A stretch of DNA of 64,000 nt from Burkholderiales bacterium. GTDB taxonomy: Bacteria > Pseudomonadota > Gammaproteobacteria > Burkholderiales > SG8-41. Positions within the stretch are counted from its first letter, which is position 1. Each line of letters begins with the position of its first letter. Positions 19,797-29,468 of the stretch are shown one piece after another. The position numbers were made by a program, and so were the translations under genes. The notes under the pieces are model-generated. The model was not told where the DNA came from, searched no databases, and saw only the letters and a program-made list of their open reading frames with translations. The stretch covers positions 3,413 through 67,412 of the forward strand of contig JAYTWR010000074.1 in the NCBI GenBank assembly GCA_043743335.1, in the 5' to 3' direction.

Positions 19797-20738
19797 GTGG
19801 ATAGACCTACACTAGAAGACTTCAGGCATGAGCTGGATGACCGCATGGCTGCCACTTTGGGCGCGCACTTTGGCAAACCCAATCTTTCATTTCAGTCACA
19901 AGCCAATGACGTAGCCGATGGCACAGCAGTATTGCTGCTTCGTGACAAATTGGAAAAGCCGTGTGCCGTGGTTCTTTGCGCTGCACCTGCTGCGCCGGAC
20001 ATGGTTCGCCGTTCAGTGCATGCTGCGCGTGAGGCCAAAAAAATTCTGGGGCCTTCTATCGGAACCCACATCCTCGAGCCTCTATTGGAAGGAACCTTAA
20101 AGGGATTGAGTTACGCTGTCATGCCGTATTGCAATCCCCTAAGTAATAGCCGACCGGTTTGGTGGATACAGCGCAGACTGCTGTGCCCGTCTATCCTGCA
20201 TTGGCTGGCAAGTGCGACCGAACACACAATGCACGACCCGGAACCGGCCGGCAGATTACGTAGTTTCGCTGAACCCTTGCAGGCGGTTGCATCATTCAGC
20301 CGCCTTAACAAGCGTATGCGATCAGCCGCAGAATTGGCCGCGTTGCGGCTGGAGTCAAAGGACTGGCATCCCAAGCACGTGCTGATGCACGGAGATTTTT
20401 GGAAGGGTAATATTCTTATTAAGCCAGAATCGCCGACCAACAAAAGGCAATCATCGGCAGATCGCTTTGTAGTCATCGATTGGCCAGGATCCGAAATTCA
20501 TGGTTATGCGATATTCGACCTCATACGCATGGCACAATCCTTGCAATTGAGCAAAGTGAAATTACGTGCTGAGATTGCGGCGCACTGTAAGTTACTTGAG
20601 TGCACGTTAGAAGACGCCATGTCTTATCTTTTGGCTGCACTGGGTCACATCGCCATGCATATTGAGCATTTTCCCGTTGACGCCTATGTTCGTATGGCGG
20701 AGTCCGGCTTTGCGACTCTCGAAGAAAACCTGAACTGA
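19797..20738 (+). CDS. APH/choline kinase-like phosphotransferase
   Basis: HGDFWKGNIL catalytic loop and VIDW metal-binding motif; start uncertain. Confidence 0.8.
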   Translation: MDRPTLEDFRHELDDRMAATLGAHFGKPNLSFQSQANDVADGTAVLLLRDKLEKPCAVVLCAAPAAPDMVRRSVHAAREAKKILGPSIGTHILEPLLEGTLKGLSYAVMPYCNPLSNSRPVWWIQRRLLCPSILHWLASATEHTMHDPEPAGRLRSFAEPLQAVASFSRLNKRMRSAAELAALRLESKDWHPKHVLMHGDFWKGNILIKPESPTNKRQSSADRFVVIDWPGSEIHGYAIFDLIRMAQSLQLSKVKLRAEIAAHCKLLECTLEDAMSYLLAALGHIAMHIEHFPVDAYVRMAESGFATLEENLN

Positions 20739-20758
20739 CATTATGAAAGGCAATTTCC

Positions 20759-21820
20759 ATGCAGGCTGATAGCACGTTGGGTTCAAATTACGTTTGTCCC
20801 GCCACAAAATCACCGTTGCGCCGTGAAAATGACCAATTGATTGCGGAAATGGGCAATGCCGCATATCCGATTCAAGCGGGCATTCCACAGTTTCTTCGCT
20901 TCGGGTCGGCCGAAGACGACGCCACGCGCGCTGAATTGGATCGACTCAACCAATTGGCCAGAACCGAGGGCTGGCGCAATGCTATCAGCACAGTTTATGG
21001 TCATGATGCGACGATAGTTCGCTACGTGTCCGATGCGACGCGGGGTTCATTTATAGATTTGCTCCCGATTACCGAACAGAGTGCAGTGCTGGAGATTGGT
21101 CCCGGCCTTGGGCAGTTCACGGCGAGAATTGCTCAGCGCGCGAAATCGGTTTATGGGCTAGAGGTCGTTGCCGGTCAAACCGAATTTACGGACGAGCGTT
21201 GCCGGCAAGAAGGGATGACCAACGTACACCTTGCGACCGGTGGAGATGACTGCCGGTTTCCGTATGGCGATCAGACCTTTGACTTGGTGGTCGTTAATCT
21301 TGTTCTGGAGTGGTGTGGAATGCGCTGCCTAGACGAAGCGTTAATCGATGTTCAGCGGCGATTTCTCAGCGAAAGCTTTCGTGTGCTGAAACCTGGCGGA
21401 TCCTTTTATGTTGCCACGAAAAATCGATACGCATTACGTCTGTTAATTGCCAAAACTGATCCGCACTGTTACGGATTGCGATTTGGCAGCGCGCTGCCGC
21501 GGTGGTTGTCAGGTTTCTTACTGCGATTAAAGGGCCATTCAAGGCCTTTTGGCATGCTTCATTCCTATGTAGGGCTGAAAGCCATGCTACGGAAAGCCGG
21601 TTTTGGCGAAATAGCGTCATTTTGGGCCACACCCGAAATGCGCTATCCGGTTCAATATGTTTCAACAGAATCAGCCGCAATCCGCGAAGCGCGCCGCAAT
21701 CCCGATTTTATCCAAGGTGAGGCGCGCAGCACTCGATTGCTCATGCGGTTTATTCCGGCGAGATTGGTTCGCTACTTCACCCCCGGCCTCGCACTTTTAG
21801 CGACTAAACCCGTTGCCTAG
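20759..21820 (+). CDS. Class I SAM methyltransferase with Trm112-like N-terminus
   Basis: YVCPATKSPL..YPIQAGIP N-domain; LEIGPGLG; RVLKPGG. Confidence 0.88.
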   Translation: MQADSTLGSNYVCPATKSPLRRENDQLIAEMGNAAYPIQAGIPQFLRFGSAEDDATRAELDRLNQLARTEGWRNAISTVYGHDATIVRYVSDATRGSFIDLLPITEQSAVLEIGPGLGQFTARIAQRAKSVYGLEVVAGQTEFTDERCRQEGMTNVHLATGGDDCRFPYGDQTFDLVVVNLVLEWCGMRCLDEALIDVQRRFLSESFRVLKPGGSFYVATKNRYALRLLIAKTDPHCYGLRFGSALPRWLSGFLLRLKGHSRPFGMLHSYVGLKAMLRKAGFGEIASFWATPEMRYPVQYVSTESAAIREARRNPDFIQGEARSTRLLMRFIPARLVRYFTPGLALLATKPVA

Positions 21821-21877
21821 GTTCTGTAAACGATCGAATTCGCAGGATGAAAGGGCATACGGGGCTTGATTAACGTT

Positions 21878-22906
21878 ATGGCTTGCGCCGACATCGCTAG
21901 TGCGGGAATCGTGGTCATCGGTCGTAACGAAGGGGATCGCCTTCGGCGGTGTCTAGAATCCGTGATTCGACCGGCAGTGAAAGTGGTATACGTGGACTCA
22001 GGGTCAACCGACGCTTCCGTTGCAATGGCGCGCCAGATGGGCGCGGAAGTTGTCGAACTCGATATGTCAATCCCGTTTTGCGCCGCGCGCGCGCGAAACG
22101 CTGGCTATCAACATTTGGTAGCCGTGGACCCCGCAATTCGGTTCGTGCAGTTTGTGGATGGCGATTGCGAGCTGGCCTGCGATTGGCTTCAGTATGCGGT
22201 TAATTTTCTCGAAAAAAATACCCGTGCCGCAATCGTCGTGGGCTGGCTGCGTGAAAAGTCGCCCGAAATGTCAGTCTACAATCGAATAGGGGATCTCGAA
22301 TGGAACTTGGCTGGGGTTGGCGAGTTAGAGTCAGTAGGGGGTATTTTTCTCATTCGTCGCGAATCATTCGACAGCGTGAACGGTTTTGACCCAACGATTT
22401 CAGCAGGTGAAGAACCTGAGCTCTGTCAGCGCCTTAACCGTCTGGGGTGGAAATTTTTCAGATTAGACAGGGGCATGGCTCTGCACGATCTTGCTATGAT
22501 GCACTTTGGCCAATGGTACCGGCGGCATGTGCGAACGGGCTATGCTGGCTTGGACGTGGCCAATCGCTTTGGCTTGGAAAGGTTTAAAAAAATTACACGC
22601 CGAGCAAGATTGTGGAGTATTGTTTTCATGTTGACTTGGGCCGTGTGCCTGATTGCCGGGTTAATCGGCGGTACACATTCCGGCGTAGCAGCGGTGGTGC
22701 TCGCGACGGGCGTGTGGGTAGTTCGTTGGTGCCGGATTGCTTGGGCTTCGTGGCGCAACGGAGTCTCTGCTTCCCTCGCAGCGATCTACGCTGGCTTTAC
22801 CGTCATTTCGTTCTGGCCGCAAATGAGCGGGCAACTCATGTACTGGCGTGATCGAGCTAATGGTCGAGCAGCTCGGCTTCTTGAGCACAAAGGGGTAGTC
22901 AGATGA
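21878..22906 (+). CDS. Glycosyltransferase family 2
   Basis: VVIGRNEG, VDSGSTD, FVDGD and AGEEPEL motifs; C-terminal TM segments. Confidence 0.92.
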   Translation: MACADIASAGIVVIGRNEGDRLRRCLESVIRPAVKVVYVDSGSTDASVAMARQMGAEVVELDMSIPFCAARARNAGYQHLVAVDPAIRFVQFVDGDCELACDWLQYAVNFLEKNTRAAIVVGWLREKSPEMSVYNRIGDLEWNLAGVGELESVGGIFLIRRESFDSVNGFDPTISAGEEPELCQRLNRLGWKFFRLDRGMALHDLAMMHFGQWYRRHVRTGYAGLDVANRFGLERFKKITRRARLWSIVFMLTWAVCLIAGLIGGTHSGVAAVVLATGVWVVRWCRIAWASWRNGVSASLAAIYAGFTVISFWPQMSGQLMYWRDRANGRAARLLEHKGVVR

Positions 22907-22958
22907 GCATCAGCGCAGATATACTTTTGACGTTGTTAGGAGCGGGAGTATCGCTTTG

Positions 22959-23462
22959 ATGGGAGATCCGGATTGGCAGGCCGATTTGGCGCGGTATCCC
23001 GCTCGACCGTTCCTCAAAGAGCAATCGATTTGGGCCATTGGCGTTTACCGATTCGGTCGCAGGTTAGATCGACGTCCCGCTGGAACAACCAAACGAATAC
23101 TGACCCAAGTGTATTGGCTGACCTATCGAATCGTCGAGACGCTAACAGGCATCAGCCTGCCCAAATCAGTTCAGATTGGGCCCGGATTGCGCATATGGCA
23201 TTTTGGTTGCATTTTTATTCACCCCCAAGTGAGAATGGGGGCCAACTGCACACTGCGTCAGGGCGTCACGATCGGCAATCGTTTTGAAGGTAGCTCGGTT
23301 CCGCTAATCGGCGACAACGTAGATTTCGGCGCATACGCCCAAGTGTTAGGCGACGTGACCGTTGGCAATAACTGTAAAATAGGCGCAATGTCCGTGGTGC
23401 TGGTTAATGTTCCCGAGGGGGCCACTGCGATAGGCATCCCTGCAAGAGTGATACTGAATTAG
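22959..23462 (+). CDS. CysE/WcaB-like hexapeptide-repeat O-acetyltransferase
   Basis: Left-handed beta-helix repeats, H.G.I.IH and terminal GIPAR. Confidence 0.88.
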   Translation: MGDPDWQADLARYPARPFLKEQSIWAIGVYRFGRRLDRRPAGTTKRILTQVYWLTYRIVETLTGISLPKSVQIGPGLRIWHFGCIFIHPQVRMGANCTLRQGVTIGNRFEGSSVPLIGDNVDFGAYAQVLGDVTVGNNCKIGAMSVVLVNVPEGATAIGIPARVILN

Positions 23463-23526
23463 TTTGTAACTACTTGATTTATTTGACTTATTTTATATTT
23501 TCCCCATGCCCTTTCCGGAGATAACA

Positions 23527-25809
23527 ATGTCGACTCGAATAGATGTGTTGCGGCGCGCGCTGGTTTGTATCGTGCTGTGCGGCACCGCTTTTGCTGCTTG
23601 CTCATTGGCCGGGTGTGGCTCAAAGTCAGAAACGGTCACGGCCTTGGTTGCGGCAAATGCACCTGCAGGTGCCACGACTGGGGGAGGGGGAGGCACTACT
23701 GGAGGCGTCGTGCCCACGCCGGGCGTAGTTGTAGTACCTGCGTCAGGAAACATCGGTTCATTTTCGGCTTCGGGTTCTAACGTGTTGGTGACATCCGCGA
23801 ATACCTTTTCTGCCGGCGACGTCATTGTCATTTCGGGCAGCACATTCGCGGCTTACAATAAAACGTTCACCGTAGTAAGCGCAACGCCATCAGGATTTAC
23901 AATTTTGGTTGCGGGCGGATTTGCGGGAACAGATACCGCTAGTTCTTGGACTAGCAAACCCGCCGGAATACTGGCAGGCTGCTCCACAACAGGTTCTACG
24001 GCAGCGATAACCCTTCCCCTTCCGGCCGCTCTTAATAATATCCCCAGTCGTTTCACCGGCGTCGCACCACTGGCGATATTTTTTGACACAGTCGGCACCA
24101 CGGCCACTTCGACGGTGCGCCCGTTTCACGAGCTGGAGTATCAATGGAATTTTGGCGATCCTGCGGGGGGTGCTACGTGGGCCAACGGCAATCGCCCGGG
24201 CGTCAATAGCAAAAATGCGGCTACAGGGCCTGTGGCCGCTCACGTATTTGAGACTCCGGGCGCTTACACCGTGACGCTAACCGTTACTGATGGCGCAAAT
24301 ACCGTCACAAATGCGTGCATACAAGTGACGGTGCAGGATCCGGATGTGATATTTGCGGGCGCAAACACCATCTGTTTCTCCACATCAGGAACCTTCACAG
24401 GCGCGCCGACAGGTACTTGTGCCATACCCGGCACCACGGCAATCACCACATCGAATTTAACGACAGCCGTGCAAAATTTTGCTGCGCCTGGTAAGCGATT
24501 GCTGTTTCGCAGAGGAGAGGCGTTTACGGCACAGACCGGTGGCGCCAGCTTAAAGGTTAATGGTCCTGGAATTATTGGGGCATTTGGCACCGGCGCGCGC
24601 CCCAAGTTTCTTTCGGTTGCACTGCCTACACCAAACACCATTTTGATCATATCTTCCAACTCGACGCCGAACATCAAAGATTGGCGAATCATGGATGCAG
24701 AATTGGATGGCCAATCAAATGCAATGGTCACTGGCGTCAATAGCGACGGTGGGTTCGACCAACTAACTTTGCTTCGGCTTAATACCCACGATATTGGCAC
24801 GGGGATTTCATTTTCTCCCAGCACACTGCAGTTTTACAATGCCACACCCAGTACGTCCGGCCATCGCCTGTCGGATCAACTGGCCATCGTGGATTCAGTC
24901 GTCCAGCGAGTGGTAGGTGGTGGAGGCAATGTCGGCATGTTTATCGGTGCCACCCGGCTTTCGATTCTAGGCAATCTGGGCGATGACAGTACCTTGGCAG
25001 AGCACGTGGTGCGCTTGCAATACGTGGGACGGGGCGTATTCAGTAACAATACATTGAGTCAGACGGAACCGACCAAACACGTGCTGACAATACGCGGGGC
25101 GTGTTTTGTTGCGAGTTGTCCAGGGGGCAATTTTCAATCGTTGCTTCCCAATGGCTCATTTACTGAAAAAGTTATTGTTTCGGATAACAAATTTGTGGGA
25201 CTTGGCAATCCAATATCGGTTCAGTACGCTCCGTCAAATCCTGCTCAGGATGAGCGATTACGCGATTTCATCTCCGAGAGGAATCTGTATCTTGCTGGGG
25301 TGGGATCACAATTTGCACTCATCGTTCAAGCGGCCGATGTCACCATACGCAATGAAATTTGTGACATGACAGGGGGAGCATTTCACGTATGCATGGCTAT
25401 CCAAGGTGTTGCTACAGCGCCAGCCTCGTCAAATGTGCACCTTTATCACAATACATTTTTCAGCAATTCTCCGCAGGGCTTTGCCGGGGCAGACTTTGCT
25501 GTGGGTGTAACCGGATCTAGGGTGATCAATAATCTTGCATTTGCGCCCAATGCAACGGTTGGTCCGCCAGCCACAGTTCGGGATAACACCGTCGGTGGAC
25601 TAACTCAATCGAATAACACTTCCAATGCACAGTTGTTGGTTACACCTGGCTTCGCGGCTACGCCGCCGGTCTTGATTACCGATTGGAAACCAAGCTGCGC
25701 AGGTCCGCTTATCTACCCATGTGCACAGGGAATAACGGTGCCGGTATGGTCTGATTTCTTTAGAGTGAAGCAGCCCGCCGCCAGAGATTTAGGGGCTGTT
25801 ATCCACTGA
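23527..25809 (+). CDS. Large surface lipoprotein with PKD domain and parallel beta-helix region
   Basis: Lipobox LAGC; G/T-rich linker; WNFGD..HVFETPGAYTVTLTV (PKD); repeated NN/HNTF beta-helix turns; C-terminal DLGA. Confidence 0.75.
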   Translation: MSTRIDVLRRALVCIVLCGTAFAACSLAGCGSKSETVTALVAANAPAGATTGGGGGTTGGVVPTPGVVVVPASGNIGSFSASGSNVLVTSANTFSAGDVIVISGSTFAAYNKTFTVVSATPSGFTILVAGGFAGTDTASSWTSKPAGILAGCSTTGSTAAITLPLPAALNNIPSRFTGVAPLAIFFDTVGTTATSTVRPFHELEYQWNFGDPAGGATWANGNRPGVNSKNAATGPVAAHVFETPGAYTVTLTVTDGANTVTNACIQVTVQDPDVIFAGANTICFSTSGTFTGAPTGTCAIPGTTAITTSNLTTAVQNFAAPGKRLLFRRGEAFTAQTGGASLKVNGPGIIGAFGTGARPKFLSVALPTPNTILIISSNSTPNIKDWRIMDAELDGQSNAMVTGVNSDGGFDQLTLLRLNTHDIGTGISFSPSTLQFYNATPSTSGHRLSDQLAIVDSVVQRVVGGGGNVGMFIGATRLSILGNLGDDSTLAEHVVRLQYVGRGVFSNNTLSQTEPTKHVLTIRGACFVASCPGGNFQSLLPNGSFTEKVIVSDNKFVGLGNPISVQYAPSNPAQDERLRDFISERNLYLAGVGSQFALIVQAADVTIRNEICDMTGGAFHVCMAIQGVATAPASSNVHLYHNTFFSNSPQGFAGADFAVGVTGSRVINNLAFAPNATVGPPATVRDNTVGGLTQSNNTSNAQLLVTPGFAATPPVLITDWKPSCAGPLIYPCAQGITVPVWSDFFRVKQPAARDLGAVIH

Positions 25810-25834
25810 ACCGTGGTGTCGGCATTTGCCGACG

Positions 25835-26980
25835 CTACGCTTTTGCCCAAGGCATTGGAGCCATCGGCTCAAACGTCGTAGTCATCCGATACACCGAGCC
25901 GGATTCGCTGGCATGGTGCATGGCCAGCACGATTTCGTCGTGGTGCAGACAATAGCGCGGCGACAAGCGGCAGGGGCGCTTGTCCCGAATGGCCTGAATC
26001 ATTTCGACAATACCAAGGCAGAAATCCACCTTCTTGTTTTTAAGGCGGCTCACCTGTGCACGGGCTAAGGATGCTTCAGGCCCCACCATGGGAAATTTCT
26101 TTCCCCATGGAAGCGTCACAGAGCGCTGCCTTATTTTGATTGAACGCTTGATATACACGTTTGCCCGCGGTTCCCAGATATCGTGCGTATACAAGGTGCC
26201 TTGGCTGCCAAAAATTCTAATCGAATGATCCGGCGGGGCAATGATGCTGCAGGTCACCCGCGCCATATGCCCCGACGTAAATCGCAGGCACGCGACTGAG
26301 AAGTCCGGCGCATTGGGCTCAATGGGAATATGGGGTATTTTGTCGGGGATACGCACCGACGCCATCGCGGCCACGGACTCAACCGGCCCAAAAAACGCCG
26401 TGAGCAGCGTTAGCACATAGCCACCGTGTTCTAGGGTACAACCGGTCTCAAATTCGTCTTTGTACGGCCATGCGGTACCGAGTTCGTTGACCCACTTTTG
26501 ATAGGGCATCTGATGAACCAGCCCGTCATCCATTTCTGCATACGTCAGATAGGGTGTGCCGATGGCGTTTTCGCGTAGCGCTTTCCACAGGGTTTGGGCG
26601 GTTTCTGCCAGTACGCGCGACGGGGCTGACGAGATCAGCAACCCATTGCGTTCCGCCAACTCAACCAAGTCTTTGGCGTCATCAAACGACATGGCGAGCG
26701 GCTTTTCCGAGTAGACGTGCTTGCCGGCTTCGAGGCACGCCTTGGACACGGCATAGTGGCTACGCGGGTTCGTCAGATTGACAACCAACTCAACGCGCGA
26801 ATCGCTCAACACATCTTCCAGTGCTCGATATTGGTGAGCGACACCAAAGTGTTGGGCAAACTTGGCGGCCAAGTCACTGTCGCGATCCATGACGCCCAAT
26901 AACTCTATCTCGGGATAAAGCGTCAATGTTCTCAGGTAGAAGTTCGCAACGTACCCGCAGCCGACGATAGCAATACGCAT
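25835..26980 (-). CDS. Gfo/Idh/MocA oxidoreductase
   Basis: IVGCG Rossmann fold; GKHVYSEKPLA. Confidence 0.9.
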   Translation of the reverse strand: MRIAIVGCGYVANFYLRTLTLYPEIELLGVMDRDSDLAAKFAQHFGVAHQYRALEDVLSDSRVELVVNLTNPRSHYAVSKACLEAGKHVYSEKPLAMSFDDAKDLVELAERNGLLISSAPSRVLAETAQTLWKALRENAIGTPYLTYAEMDDGLVHQMPYQKWVNELGTAWPYKDEFETGCTLEHGGYVLTLLTAFFGPVESVAAMASVRIPDKIPHIPIEPNAPDFSVACLRFTSGHMARVTCSIIAPPDHSIRIFGSQGTLYTHDIWEPRANVYIKRSIKIRQRSVTLPWGKKFPMVGPEASLARAQVSRLKNKKVDFCLGIVEMIQAIRDKRPCRLSPRYCLHHDEIVLAMHHASESGSVYRMTTTFEPMAPMPWAKA

Positions 26981-27190
26981 TCAAATATTCCGTAATGAGC
27001 CAGCAGTTACGACGGTTGCAGCGCGAAGGCTGCACTACTCCGTGGAGCAGTTGAGGATTGTCTAATGTGCCTTGGAAGCTAAGGCCGACAGATGCCGGGT
27101 AGCCGGTGGTTTCCCATACAGCGCCATGCGAATTATATAAAGCGTCGCAGTCACGCACAAGGGCGGCGCGCGTGCTGCTGCGGGGCGCAA

Positions 27191-28333
27191 CTACCGCTCG
27201 TGGTGCTGCAATTTCATCTGCGGTGTCGGCCAAGCGCCTGTGAGCAATGCGCCTAATGCACTGACTAATGCAGTTGACAGGGTATCTTCGTGATGGACGA
27301 CCACGTTGCATCGACCGCTAAAACTCATTTCGCGATATCGATGGAGTACCGCCGTATCGTCACTGCCTTTGGGGATGCCGATATGCAACTCAAGATTCTT
27401 GCCGCCCCGCTGTGCCGAAAACAGCGGTGTGCTCCACAGAAATGCGCAGGCTTGAATTTTCGGAAGCCGAACATAGAACCATTCATGGCACTGCGTCGCA
27501 TCAAGCAGGCCGCCGCGGCGTCGTTTCCAGTGCAGCAATCCGTCGTCGGGGTGGGCAAGGCAGTTGCCCAGGCCGTAGAAATCAAAGCCATTTTCTTTCG
27601 CGTATTTTGTCGCGAGAAACACATTGACCGAATTAATTTCATGTAGCCGCTTCGGGGCGTTGAATACAACCTCGCGATAGCCAAAGCGCACCGCAATCCA
27701 GTAACGTTGGTCCTTGCGTATCTGCGTGACGCCCAGATGACAGGCCACCGGCTCATCGTTTGAATAGAGTATGTCCAATCCGCCTTTGGCACCACCGGTG
27801 ATTTCTGCAATAAGTGCCGTGGATAATTGATGTGCGGACGGCCCATAGCGCGAGCTGGCGTAGGGCTTCAGCATGTTGTCGTCGGCAAACGTGATTTGTT
27901 GCTGGTCTTCAGCACGCACCACTTTTGCTTTAATCAGTTGTTGCCTGACGACTCGCCGCAGCTTGTCGCCGTATCCTTCAAGCAGGGCATCCAGCGATTG
28001 GTGTAAGGGGATGTTAAGCTGCATGTAACGTGGTATTCGCAGCGCTCCGGGCAACGGTAGCTCGCTGACCATAACCGAATCGCAATCGCTCAACAATTCG
28101 GCAGCATTTCCGCTGAGCGGCAATTCAACTATGCCGCGCCCGCTGCGCGTACCAAAGTAGGACACCCGGTGTGTGCAATTCAGGGGCCGGACCTCGGCGG
28201 CTGTCCATTGCCAGAATTGCGCCTTGCGCGCCCACTGGCCGACGGTACCGAGCAGCCACTTTATATTGGCTCGCTGCGATGGCGTTACCGGCGCAAGTGC
28301 ATCAAGGATTTTAAATCCCTGTTTTAAACGCAT
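27191..28333 (-). CDS. GNAT/FemAB-like acyltransferase
   Basis: KLRR helix, DEPVA strand and GLLHWKRRRG motif typical of FemAB/GNAT-fold proteins; ATG at 28333. Confidence 0.55.
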   Translation of the reverse strand: MRLKQGFKILDALAPVTPSQRANIKWLLGTVGQWARKAQFWQWTAAEVRPLNCTHRVSYFGTRSGRGIVELPLSGNAAELLSDCDSVMVSELPLPGALRIPRYMQLNIPLHQSLDALLEGYGDKLRRVVRQQLIKAKVVRAEDQQQITFADDNMLKPYASSRYGPSAHQLSTALIAEITGGAKGGLDILYSNDEPVACHLGVTQIRKDQRYWIAVRFGYREVVFNAPKRLHEINSVNVFLATKYAKENGFDFYGLGNCLAHPDDGLLHWKRRRGGLLDATQCHEWFYVRLPKIQACAFLWSTPLFSAQRGGKNLELHIGIPKGSDDTAVLHRYREMSFSGRCNVVVHHEDTLSTALVSALGALLTGAWPTPQMKLQHHER

Positions 28334-28502
28334 AAAATACAGTTTCGGACGATGGGATGCATCATGATACAGGTAGAATTTTGATAGGCTTTTCACGCAG
28401 CAGAGTCTGTGCAAAAAAATTTGACAATGGCCGTCTATCATATACGTAATTTAGCTTACACGTTACTGACTACAGGGCCGTTTAGTCCAAGGACAAAGAC
28501 AA

Positions 28503-29468
28503 ATGAGGGTATTGGTAACAGGTGCAGGCGGCTTCTTGGGCGGATGGGTCGTTCGTGATCTGCTCAAACGTGGTTTTGCCGTACGCGCGTTGGTTCGCTC
28601 GGGGCGCTTGCCGCCCTCCGCCGAGTGGCAAGATCAGGTGCAGATTATTCAGGGCGACTTGCGCGTCGCTGAGGGGCTTGAAGCGCTGTTCTCGGACGTG
28701 GATGTCTTAATTCATCTCGCGGCAACCGTTCGCGGCACTTCCGAAGAGCAAATGACCGGCACGGTTGATAGCACTCGGCGCTTGCTGCAAGCCATGCAGC
28801 GATCGGGCGTCAGGCCGCACGTGGTTCTGGCCGGCAGCTTTGCGGTGTATGACTTTAGTACGGCGGAACGCTGCCTGAGCGAAGACAGCAGCCTAGAACC
28901 CGATCCCGCCGCCCGGGATGGTTATACGGCCGCCAAAGTGGCCCAAGAGCGCTTGGTTCGCCACATGGCCAATGAACACGGTTGGACGCTGTCGGTGCTG
29001 CGTCCCGGATTGATCTATGGCCCCGGCGCAAGTCCGGCGGCGAGCGCCGGCATGAAGGTGGGCAGGTTATTTTTTGTGGTCGCACCATCTGCCCGATTGC
29101 GGCTCACCCACGTTGAAAATTGCGCTGCGGCATTTGCGCAGGCGGCAGAACTAAGAGCCGCAGGCACATTCAACATTGTCGATGACGAGCGCATCTCGGC
29201 GTGGCGTTACGCAGGCCGACTGTTGCGCACAACGCCGCATACCGTGCGAGTGGTTTTCCCCTATAATGCGGGCCTCATGATTGTGCTTTTATTTCAAGTA
29301 GTTACCGCCATATTACCGAAGGCTGTGAGACGCAGATTGCCCGGATTGCTTAAACCGCGCGTGTATCGCGCCCGCTTTCGCCCTTTTGAGTACAACCATG
29401 CGCGCGCCAAAGCCGCGCTAAGCTGGACCAGCCGACCGCTATTTGAATCCGGCAGCGATGTGACATGA
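28503..29468 (+). CDS. NAD-dependent epimerase/dehydratase (extended SDR)
   Basis: VTGAGGFLG; HLAA; YTAAK; LRPGLIYGP. Confidence 0.9.
   Translation: MRVLVTGAGGFLGGWVVRDLLKRGFAVRALVRSGRLPPSAEWQDQVQIIQGDLRVAEGLEALFSDVDVLIHLAATVRGTSEEQMTGTVDSTRRLLQAMQRSGVRPHVVLAGSFAVYDFSTAERCLSEDSSLEPDPAARDGYTAAKVAQERLVRHMANEHGWTLSVLRPGLIYGPGASPAASAGMKVGRLFFVVAPSARLRLTHVENCAAAFAQAAELRAAGTFNIVDDERISAWRYAGRLLRTTPHTVRVVFPYNAGLMIVLLFQVVTAILPKAVRRRLPGLLKPRVYRARFRPFEYNHARAKAALSWTSRPLFESGSDVT

Noticed and set aside
19797-20738. Aminoglycoside resistance gene
   Set aside because: Only the generic APH kinase motifs are present, and the context is polysaccharide biosynthesis
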